A DNA stretch of 64,000 bases. Source: an uncultured Conexibacter sp. Its GTDB lineage: Bacteria > Actinomycetota > Thermoleophilia > Solirubrobacterales > 70-9. Under the pieces are notes generated by a model. It did no database searches. It was not told the DNA's origin and saw only the letters and a list, made by a program, of their open reading frames with translations. Shown in pieces: positions 45,344-53,107 of the stretch (positions within the stretch are counted from its first letter, which is position 1; each line of letters starts with the position of its first letter). The position numbers were made by a program, and so were the translations under genes. The stretch covers positions 84 through 64,083 of the forward strand of contig CAZXKG010000003.1 of the NCBI GenBank assembly GCA_964641695.1. The letters run 5' to 3'.

Positions 45344-45949
45344 TCAAAACGCCCCCCATCCCAGCTCGCGGAGGCGGCGGCGCGCCCGCTCGATGCGCTT
45401 GCGGACGCCGCGCTTGCTGATCTCAAGCCGGGACGCGATCTCCTCGTGGTTGAGGCCGGCGGCCACCAGAAGCAGCACGGTTCGCTGGTCGTCAGGGAGT
45501 TCGGCAAGCAGCTCTTGCCGCTCGCGCGCCGTCTCAGCGGCGATCACTACCTCCAGCGGGTCGGGATCGCCCCGCTCCACGTACTCCAGAACGAGAGCGA
45601 GCTCGTCGTCACCGCCTTCCCGACGGCTCTCCTTGCGGGTGTAGCGGCGGTGCTCCTTCCATGCCTCGCTCTGCACACAGCGCTTCGCGTAGGCGACGAC
45701 GTGCTCGACGTCATAGGGTCCGGTGAACGAGCGCAGCATGTCGAGGAGCGCGTCGTGGACGACATCGCCGATCTGCTGTGAGTCGACGCCCGATCGCCGG
45801 GCCACGTCGTAGAGGAAGCCGTAGCGCTTGAGAGCGAGCCAGCCGACGATGAGGACGTTTTTGCGGGGGTCTGATTGGGGTGTCGGTCGATGGGCCATGG
45901 GCCGCCCGACCGCACGCCTGCGGCGTGCCACCATGAGGTGGCCGGCCAT
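45344..45949 (-). CDS. Sigma-70 family (ECF-like) RNA polymerase sigma factor encoded on the element
   Basis: Region 2-like DVVHDALLDMLRSF...YAKRCVQSEAWKEHRR. Region 4 HTH LPDDQRTVLLLVAAGLNHEEIASRLEISKRGVRKRIERARRRL. Confidence 0.75.
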   Translation of the reverse strand: MAGHLMVARRRRAVGRPMAHRPTPQSDPRKNVLIVGWLALKRYGFLYDVARRSGVDSQQIGDVVHDALLDMLRSFTGPYDVEHVVAYAKRCVQSEAWKEHRRYTRKESRREGGDDELALVLEYVERGDPDPLEVVIAAETARERQELLAELPDDQRTVLLLVAAGLNHEEIASRLEISKRGVRKRIERARRRLRELGWGAF

Positions 45950-46042
45950 GAGGCCGACATCCCGCCCAGACCCACTCCGAATTCCCCGTTCAGCCCAACC
46001 CGACCGCCAGGGTCGATCGCTAACGGGTGGTAGCCTCGCCGT

Positions 46043-46309
46043 GTGACGAAGACCGAGCTACACCAACCGGTTGACGCTCTGCCCGACGACTCGCTGTCGG
46101 CGGCTGTGGTGCTGCTTGAGCGGGCTCAAGACCCCGTCGTCGCCAAGCTCGACGCGGCACCCTACGACGACGAAGAGCTGACCGACGAGGACCGTCGCGC
46201 CGTCGATGACGCGACAGGCGAGCCCGGCATTCCTTGGTCGGAGGTCGTGGCGGAGCTGACGCCCTCGGACTCCTCGGCGAATGAGCTTCTCGCCATAGCG
46301 GCCGACTAG
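46043..46309 (+). CDS. Small acidic hypothetical protein
   Basis: 88-aa ORF (GTG start), 10 nt upstream of the monooxygenase gene on the same strand. No motif recognised. Confidence 0.45.
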   Translation: MTKTELHQPVDALPDDSLSAAVVLLERAQDPVVAKLDAAPYDDEELTDEDRRAVDDATGEPGIPWSEVVAELTPSDSSANELLAIAAD

Positions 46310-46319
46310 GCGCAAGGGG

Positions 46320-47471
46320 ATGGCGGGGGTCGACATCGCGATTGTCGGGGCCGGATTCGCCGGCTTGGCCTTGGCCGCTCGCTGCGCAGATGCAGGCTTG
46401 GAAGTGGCGGTCCTCGAGCGACGAGCCAATCTGGATCCCGAGGGAGTCGCGCTGCAGCTTCAGCCCAATGGCCTATCAGCGCTTGACGCGTTGGGCGTCA
46501 CCAAGGAAGTCCTCTCCCACGGGCACCGGATCGACACATTCGAGCAGCGTGACGCCGCCGGTCGCTTGCGATCAACCGTCCACTACGACGAGTTGCATCA
46601 CGCCCATCCATACATGTGCGGCATCCGTCGGCCAGATCTGCTGGGAATCCTCGCGGACCGACTTCAGGATCGAGCAGTCCTACATACCGGCTGCACAGTC
46701 AACGGCCTTGAGCATGACGACGGTCGCGCCACCGGCGTGCGCTACTCCGCCGCTGGCAACGACGAAGTTCTCCAAGCGAAGCTTGTGGTCGGCGCCGACG
46801 GCGTCGGTTCAGCGATCCGCACCTCGATGGGGGCGCAAGAACGGTTGCGCACGGGTCCTGAGCCCTATCTGATCGGGATCAGCCAGAACCAGCCAGAGGA
46901 TGACATCGCCCGCATCTACTGCGGGGACGGCTACTGCAACGGCGTGCTGCCCTACGGTGAGCAAACCTACTTCTTCGACTGCGTCACCGGGGAAACCCGC
47001 ACAGCGTTCGAAGAGCGGAACCTGGATGCATGGAAACGCATTTACGCACAGCGCGTACCAGGCGGCGAGTCGATCGTCGAGTCGATCGGCTCGTTCGACA
47101 AACTCGGCTTCCTCTCAGGAAGAACTCATTGGACCCCGCACCGCATGCAGCCGGGCGTCGTCCTCATCGGAGACGCGGCCGCCGCAGTGCACCCGCACTC
47201 TGGCCAGGGCGCGAACCAGGCACTCATCGACGCAGACGCGCTCGGCGGGGCTCTAGCAGCGCACGGCCCTGCGGCAGACGATGCCCTATTCGCCGTTACC
47301 CGACAACGTGCGAACGCGACGCGACGAATGGTGGCCTGGTCGATCATCGCCGGACGCACGTTGGATGGATCGCGTGCTGGCTGGCGATTGCTGCGTAGGT
47401 CCGGGCATATAACGATGCGAGTCGGCACGTTTCGTCGCGCAGCGATACGACAGCAGGCCGGACTCGCCTAA
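46320..47471 (+). CDS. FAD-dependent monooxygenase (aromatic-ring hydroxylase type)
   Basis: Dinucleotide fold VDIAIVGAGFAGLALA. DG fingerprint GADGVGSAIR. GD motif LIGDAAAAVHPHSGQGANQALIDA. Confidence 0.85.
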   Translation: MAGVDIAIVGAGFAGLALAARCADAGLEVAVLERRANLDPEGVALQLQPNGLSALDALGVTKEVLSHGHRIDTFEQRDAAGRLRSTVHYDELHHAHPYMCGIRRPDLLGILADRLQDRAVLHTGCTVNGLEHDDGRATGVRYSAAGNDEVLQAKLVVGADGVGSAIRTSMGAQERLRTGPEPYLIGISQNQPEDDIARIYCGDGYCNGVLPYGEQTYFFDCVTGETRTAFEERNLDAWKRIYAQRVPGGESIVESIGSFDKLGFLSGRTHWTPHRMQPGVVLIGDAAAAVHPHSGQGANQALIDADALGGALAAHGPAADDALFAVTRQRANATRRMVAWSIIAGRTLDGSRAGWRLLRRSGHITMRVGTFRRAAIRQQAGLA

Positions 47472-47605
47472 CGCTTGTAGTCCGACTTCCTCGACGGACC
47501 CACCGTCGGTGCGACCTCAACCGTGACGCTTGACCCGCGCCGCGAGTTCGACCTAGACCGAAGCCTGAGACTGCGCTGACGTTGTCCCCGACGTCGGTGG
47601 AACCC

Positions 47606-48031
47606 CTATCCGTCGGCAGGCAAGATCGTGAACGAGCTGGCTCCGTTCAGCGGCGTGACCGCGCGGAAGTGGCGCTCGTCGAAGCTCAGAAGGCGAGCCG
47701 TGTTATGTCGCGCCGCCAAGGTGATCAGGGCGCAATCTGCCAACCCGAGTTCGAGATCGGCGTAGCGATCCTCCAAGAGCAAGACCGTCTCGTAATCGTC
47801 CTGCTCAAGGCCGTCGACCAAGAAACGCCCGGCGGCAAGGTCCGAGAGGAAGGCCCGACGCGCCGAGCTGCCGATGCGCTGGCCCAACAGGTAGTCGATC
47901 TCAGCGGTAATCGGCGCCGGGATTATCAGCGAGCCAGCGTCCTTCTCCAGGCAGTGGAGAATGTGCTCGCGGTTGGCCTCGCCCTCATCGGCAAGCGCAA
48001 CGAGTGGGGCGGCATCGATCAGAAGCGTCAA
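47606..48031 (-). CDS. vapC: PIN-domain toxin (VapC-like)
   Basis: MTLLIDAAPLVALAD (first acidic residue), ...DYETVLLLEDRY..., LGLADCALITLAARH, LLSFDERHF. Typical PIN acidic quartet spacing. Confidence 0.85.
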   Translation of the reverse strand: MTLLIDAAPLVALADEGEANREHILHCLEKDAGSLIIPAPITAEIDYLLGQRIGSSARRAFLSDLAAGRFLVDGLEQDDYETVLLLEDRYADLELGLADCALITLAARHNTARLLSFDERHFRAVTPLNGASSFTILPADG

Positions 48032-48264
48032 GAGCCGAAGCCCTCGAGCAGCTCCTGCTCGGGGATCTCAGAGATCAGCCGCGGGTCCTTGTCGGTGCGC
48101 TTGAAGCCGGCAGCGAGTGCGAAGTTACGGTCGTGCGAGGGCTTGGGCCGGTAGGCGGCAACGGCCTCGCGCAGAATCTCGGCCTGTGGACGCCCCTCCT
48201 GCCGAGAGAGCCGAGCAAGGCGCTCCGCTTGCTTGTCGTCCAGATAGACACTCGTTTTGCGCAT
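48028..48264 (-). CDS. Ribbon-helix-helix (CopG-like) antitoxin
   Basis: MRKTSVYLDDKQAERLARLSRQEGRPQAEILREAVAAY is a classic RHH N-terminus. ATGA overlap with the PIN gene. Confidence 0.75.
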   Translation of the reverse strand: MRKTSVYLDDKQAERLARLSRQEGRPQAEILREAVAAYRPKPSHDRNFALAAGFKRTDKDPRLISEIPEQELLEGFGS

Positions 48265-48417
48265 GTCGCCAGTATAGGGCACTATATAGGGTAATACCAG
48301 GGACACATCCTGACGTGTCTAACTTCTAGCGCCCGAAGCGATCGTCAGTCCAACTCTTTTTTCGCAGCCGAAAGCGACGGGCTCAACTGGAGCCCGCCGC
48401 CCAGCTCGATCGAGGAC

Positions 48418-48789
48418 TTAGAACGGGATGTCCTCCCCATCCGGCTCCGGAGCGCCCTCGGGCTCCTCCGACGGCTTGCTGCCGTTGGCCCAGCCGAGGA
48501 ACTCGACCCGTCCGATCACGGAGTGCTTGGAGCGCTTGCTGCCGTCCTCGGCTTCCCACTCGCGGTAGACGAGGCGGCCTTCGACGCCGATCTGCCGGCC
48601 CTTGGCCAGGTACTCGGCGCAGGCCTCGGCCTGACGGTCGAACGTCGAGACGTCGACGTAGGTGGGTGGCTTGTCGGCCCCGTTGGATACCGCGATCCGC
48701 ATATCGCAGACCGCGCGGCCGTCCAGCGACTCGACGTGCCGCAGGGTGACGTCGCTTGTGAGGCGACCGATGAGAGTGACGGAGTTCAT
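48418..48789 (-). CDS. ssb: Single-stranded DNA-binding protein
   Basis: OB-fold MNSVTLIGRLTSDVTLR...VSTFDRQAEACAEYLAKGRQIGVEGRLVYREWE. Acidic tail ending DIPF. Confidence 0.9.
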   Translation of the reverse strand: MNSVTLIGRLTSDVTLRHVESLDGRAVCDMRIAVSNGADKPPTYVDVSTFDRQAEACAEYLAKGRQIGVEGRLVYREWEAEDGSKRSKHSVIGRVEFLGWANGSKPSEEPEGAPEPDGEDIPF

Positions 48790-48945
48790 CTTCCGTCTCC
48801 TTCCTGCCCGCGGTGGCGGGCGTCGTGGACTTGCGAAGCGCTCCCACCCGGCCCTGCCGGGTCACAATCGCGAAGCAGAAGTCCACGCCGACCGCCGCTC
48901 GGGCACGGAGGCGAAGAGCATCCCTCGCGCTCAACTCGCCCACGA

Positions 48946-50082
48946 TCACTCGCCTGCCTCGGGCGAGGGGAAGGCCATCACCCACTGCGGTGGCGGGCTC
49001 AGCGGCCCCGATCCGAAGCTCGAGCTCTGCCAGGAGACGTGGATGTGAGCGGGACAGCCACCGCCGCAGGTCCGCGGAGAGCCGTGTGAGGGATAGCCCT
49101 CGTAGCCGACGAACTGGATCGCGGGGACGAGCGGGCAGATCGGCCTCGTCCCCGAGGCACCGCAGTCGCGGGTCCAGCCGAGGTCGTCGGCGAGCCTCCC
49201 GGCCGATCGGTCCCAGGCCGCCTGCGAGCCGATGTCGCCGGCCGGCACCATGTCGAGGGCGGTTCCGTCTCCGTGGGTGGCGTGCCCCGCCTCACGCGCG
49301 GCCGTCACCCGCAGCTCGTAGGTGCGGAGAATCCAGACCGCGTTCGAGTAGAGGCGAGCGTCGACCGGCTGCGGCGCGTAGCCAGGCGCCATCAGCGCCG
49401 TGGGTAGAACCTTGAACTCGCGCGGCTCATAGAGCCGCACCGCCCGGTTCAGCTGCGCCGGCCCCGAGGGCTCGCAAGTCGCCTCGGCGACGGTGCCCAC
49501 ATCTCCGAAGCGCTTGGCCCAGCCGAGCACCATCCGCACGTACCAGTCGGCGTGGTTGTAGGCGAAGATCGCCCGATACCAGTCACCTGGCGCACCCGAG
49601 GCGCGCAGGTAGTTGGCGGCGCCGTGGATCGCATCGACCGGGTCGTAGCGATCACGGTCGCCGTCCCCGTCACCGTCGACGCCGTAGGCGGCCCAGGTCG
49701 GGCCGAGGAACTGCATCGGGCCACCGGCCCCGGCGTAGTTCTCGCCCGAGGAGATGCCGGGAAGTGGCGAACGGCCGAAGTCGCTTTCGACCTTGTGGAT
49801 CGCCGCCAAGATCGCCGCACCGCGACCGCCGAGCCGGAAGCGCTCCGCCGCCTCGATGTAGTGGCGGACGTACTGCTGCGGGACGCCACGGACCTTCCCT
49901 TCGACGGCCCCGATCTCGCAGCCGCCGCGAGCGGGTGCAACCAGAGTCGTCCCCATCCCGGCGACCGCGACGATCAGGAAGAAGAGCCCGATCGCACCGC
50001 CGACGAGCCAGATCCACGAGTCCGAGTCGCCGTTGCGCCCAATGCGCCTGATGACCTCGGCCACTCCAGCGAGCCAGATCAC
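48946..50082 (-). CDS. Bifunctional cell-wall hydrolase: lytic transglycosylase (SLT) + LAS/M15-type zinc peptidase
   Basis: TM anchor WIWLVGGAIGLFFLIVAVAG. SLT motifs HKVESDFG, GPMQF, AYNHADWY. C-terminal THGDGTALD (HxxGxAxD) and HIHVS (HxH). GTG 50082 overlaps the upstream stop (GTGA). Confidence 0.8.
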   Translation of the reverse strand: MIWLAGVAEVIRRIGRNGDSDSWIWLVGGAIGLFFLIVAVAGMGTTLVAPARGGCEIGAVEGKVRGVPQQYVRHYIEAAERFRLGGRGAAILAAIHKVESDFGRSPLPGISSGENYAGAGGPMQFLGPTWAAYGVDGDGDGDRDRYDPVDAIHGAANYLRASGAPGDWYRAIFAYNHADWYVRMVLGWAKRFGDVGTVAEATCEPSGPAQLNRAVRLYEPREFKVLPTALMAPGYAPQPVDARLYSNAVWILRTYELRVTAAREAGHATHGDGTALDMVPAGDIGSQAAWDRSAGRLADDLGWTRDCGASGTRPICPLVPAIQFVGYEGYPSHGSPRTCGGGCPAHIHVSWQSSSFGSGPLSPPPQWVMAFPSPEAGE

Positions 50083-50675
50083 AGGCCGAGCCCCCAGACC
50101 AGCCAGCGGCCTTCCCGCTTGCGCAGCTCGATCGCGATCGGCTCGCTGCGTCCGCCGCGGTGGACGGTGCCGACGAGATCGACCGCAGTCAAGCTCCCGC
50201 CGTCGCCGGAGCGCGGCACCAGCTCGAGTCGGCCGAGGCGGGCCGGAGCCGGTCGACCGATCGCCGGCACTCTGCGCGGCGGTTCGGCCAGCAGCTCTCG
50301 GACGAACGCCGCCGAAGCGCTCCCCCGAAGCGCCGCGGCATCGACGTCGCCGACCTCGTAGCGCGAGAAGGCCGCGTGGAACGACCGAGCGACCGGCTCG
50401 ACGTCGGCCTGCGTGCGCGCGTAGAGCTGCAGCGTCGAAAGCGCCGGCCCCGGCTCTCCGCTCGGATCCTCCGCGCGAGCCTGGCGCCGCCGCTTCGCGC
50501 GGTCGGAGTCGAGGGCAGCCGTGAACGCGCGCCCCGCGAGATCGCGCTCGACATGCGCGGAGGGAAGCTCTGACGTTTTCGGCAGAGCGTCGTCGCGCAA
50601 CGCGAACCAAGCCGCGGCTGCCGCGAGCGCGGCGATCAGCCCCACCGCGCAGGCGATGCGAGTCCGTCGGCTCAA
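50079..50675 (-). CDS. Membrane-anchored hypothetical protein of the transfer operon
   Basis: N-terminal anchor RIACAVGLIAALAAAAAWFAL. Coupled to both neighbours by 4-nt overlaps. Confidence 0.6.
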   Translation of the reverse strand: MSRRTRIACAVGLIAALAAAAAWFALRDDALPKTSELPSAHVERDLAGRAFTAALDSDRAKRRRQARAEDPSGEPGPALSTLQLYARTQADVEPVARSFHAAFSRYEVGDVDAAALRGSASAAFVRELLAEPPRRVPAIGRPAPARLGRLELVPRSGDGGSLTAVDLVGTVHRGGRSEPIAIELRKREGRWLVWGLGL

Positions 50676-53107
50676 CGGCTCACCCCTCGACGCGATGCGA
50701 CGCGCGTGGGCCGAGGCTTCCGCGCCCGCCGCTCGTGGCGGGCGCTCAGCTCGGCACCTCGTAGCTCACGCCTCGCGCCCGCATCGCCGCCGACCAGCTC
50801 GCGCCGGTAGGCGCGCTGGGCCCGACGGTCGACCAGACCCTCGGGCCGGTCGGGGATCGCCCCGAAGGCGAGCCGGTCGCGGCGAAGCTCGCGAGCGACG
50901 CGAGCGTGCGCCTCCTCGCGCTCGCGACCGGCAAGGCCCTCGTAGCGCTCAGGCGACATCCCCACGCGCCAGGCGTGGGCGCCCGACTCGATCGGGCGAT
51001 CGACCTCACGGCGGATCGCGTCCTTGGCTTGGCCGAGGTCTCGATTCGACCAGCGCGAGCCGGTGGCCCGCTCGCGCTCCTCGACGCGGGAGACGAACGC
51101 CTCGGCCTGCCGCGTCCGCTCCTCGTCGGCGATCAGCTCGGAGCGCAGCTCGCGCTGACGCTCTCCGATCTCGTGAGCGCGCTGCAGCGTCTCCTCGCGA
51201 TCTGCTCCCCCTCCCCCGTCTCCGCCTCCCAGACGTGCTCGCTCGACGAGTGCCTCTCGCTCGGCACTGAGCTTCTCCAGGGAGTCGCGCCGCGCGCGGG
51301 CTCGATCGACAATCGAGCGCTCACGTTCGTGACGGGCGTCGAGCCGCCGCGTGGCAGTCTGATCGAGCTGGCCGGAGGCAACCCGCTTCGTCCCCTCGGC
51401 GCGGTCGCCTCCGCGTGCGCCGAGAAAGCCTCCGGCAGCGGCTGCTGCGGCTCCGGCGGCGCCCCCACCCGCCGCTCGAAACGGTCGCGTCACCGTCTGG
51501 CCGATCCGCATCCCGGCGTAGAGGCCGGTCAGCCCTTCGAGCCGACCCGAGCCACCCTCGTGGCCGTCGGGCAGCGAGATCGCGGCGATCAACTGCTCGC
51601 GCTTGAGGAACACCGCCCACCACAGCGCCGCCATGACCAGGAACGACATCAACGCCCCGACTCCGCCGCCGCCGCGGATGAGCGAGGCGATGACCGTGGT
51701 CGCGAAGAGGACGACGGCGAGGATCGCCGCGTAGATCAGCTTCGCGACCAGCGCGCCGAGCAAGGTCGTCGCCCAGAGGCCGAAGGCGCGCCTTCCTGCC
51801 TCGCCGAAGGCGGGCAGGAAGAGCGCCAGCGGCGTGCTCAACGTCAGCACGAACGCCACCGCGGTCTGGACGAAGATCCGGATCGCGAGCCAGGCGAGCA
51901 ACGCGATCCCGCCGAGCAGCCCAACGGCGATCAGGCAGACCAGCGGTAAGCGAATCCAGGCACCGCCCTGGCCCTGGATCGCGAAGTAGGTCGCGTAGGG
52001 GTGATCGTCGGTGAACTCATCCCAAAGCGACTCGCGCGCCTCCGAGCCGGGTGAGTTGCGCAACCAGATCTCGGCGTTGGTCCGCGGAGTCGGTGCAATC
52101 GCCGCGATCTGCTCGCAGTCAACGTCGTCCCCAGATCCGTCGGCGAAGAGGCGCCTGATCCGCTGCTTCGGTAGCGAGCGCAGGTAGGCGTAGTCGAGGC
52201 AGGCGGTCTCGTTCGCCTTCTCCAGCAACTCCTGATCGGGTTCCGACAGCGCCCAGTCGACGTTGGAGAAGTTGAGCGCGGCGAAGCCCGGCAACGTCAT
52301 CGCCCTCCAGACCTCGGCGGTGGTCCCGGCGTAGCTCGCGCTCGGGTTACGCAGCGAGCCGGTCTGCGGCGCGGCGATCACCGTCTGCGCCGCCTGGTTG
52401 GAAAGAGCGGAGGCCCTGCCGACCGACTCCTGAGGGGCGTGGATCACCCAGAGCGCCGCGACGATCAGAACGACGCTCAAGACCGCGCCGCCGAGAGCGC
52501 CGGCGGTGTCGCGGCGGACCAGCCCGCGCCAGACGCCCGCGGCGCCGATTACCACGAGCGCAACGACCAGCCAGGGGCTCGTGAACGCGCGGTAGAAGCG
52601 CTCCAGCCCAGCCGATATCTCCCGCATCGTCTGGTTGTCGGTGAACGGGTTGAGCTCGAACGCCCAGCCAAGCAGGGTGATGACCAGGTTCAAGACGAAC
52701 AGGAGCGCCAGCCAGATCGCGTTCGCGAAGTGGGCGAGCAACGCCTGGAAGTTGCCGACGATGTTGTCGAGGCCGGTGTCGATGTGGACGTCGATCCCGT
52801 AGTTGGAGGCGGGGTAGCGACCCTCGGGCGTGCCCGTGACCTCGCAGTTGCGCCGCTCGGCCCGATCGAGCTGCTTCGAGCAGATCGGGTTCTCGACGAC
52901 GAGCGGGTTCGCGGTCCCGTAGCCGGGGTTCTGATCGCCGGAGACATCGACCCCGCCGCCAGCGCCTTGACCGGGCTTGCCGACGCCGCTGCCACCAGCA
53001 CCACCACTTCCGCCCCCACCCGGCCGCGCCTCGGCAACGCCACCGAAGACCAGGAGCGCGGCGGCGATCAGGCAGGTAGCTCGGACAAGCGCCCTACGCC
53101 GCCGCAT
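50672..53107 (-). CDS. Large polytopic membrane protein, VirB6/TrbL-like, with charged coiled-coil C-terminus
   Basis: Signal/TM CLIAAALLVFGG, Gly-rich segment, then at least 7 hydrophobic spans. Arg/Glu-rich C-terminal ~250 aa. Position between the VirB4-like gene and the hydrolase. Start at MRRRRALV (ATG 53107). Confidence 0.6.
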   Translation of the reverse strand: MRRRRALVRATCLIAAALLVFGGVAEARPGGGGSGGAGGSGVGKPGQGAGGGVDVSGDQNPGYGTANPLVVENPICSKQLDRAERRNCEVTGTPEGRYPASNYGIDVHIDTGLDNIVGNFQALLAHFANAIWLALLFVLNLVITLLGWAFELNPFTDNQTMREISAGLERFYRAFTSPWLVVALVVIGAAGVWRGLVRRDTAGALGGAVLSVVLIVAALWVIHAPQESVGRASALSNQAAQTVIAAPQTGSLRNPSASYAGTTAEVWRAMTLPGFAALNFSNVDWALSEPDQELLEKANETACLDYAYLRSLPKQRIRRLFADGSGDDVDCEQIAAIAPTPRTNAEIWLRNSPGSEARESLWDEFTDDHPYATYFAIQGQGGAWIRLPLVCLIAVGLLGGIALLAWLAIRIFVQTAVAFVLTLSTPLALFLPAFGEAGRRAFGLWATTLLGALVAKLIYAAILAVVLFATTVIASLIRGGGGVGALMSFLVMAALWWAVFLKREQLIAAISLPDGHEGGSGRLEGLTGLYAGMRIGQTVTRPFRAAGGGAAGAAAAAAGGFLGARGGDRAEGTKRVASGQLDQTATRRLDARHERERSIVDRARARRDSLEKLSAEREALVERARLGGGDGGGGADREETLQRAHEIGERQRELRSELIADEERTRQAEAFVSRVEERERATGSRWSNRDLGQAKDAIRREVDRPIESGAHAWRVGMSPERYEGLAGREREEAHARVARELRRDRLAFGAIPDRPEGLVDRRAQRAYRRELVGGDAGARRELRGAELSARHERRARKPRPTRVASRRGVSR

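Noticed and set aside
50083-50610. 5' extension of the hydrolase ORF (554-aa version), and the overlapping ORFs 50033..50524, 50160..50573 and 50189..50554
   Set aside because: The extension overlaps the membrane-anchored 198-aa gene. GTG 50082 gives a 4-nt coupled start directly before the TM anchor.
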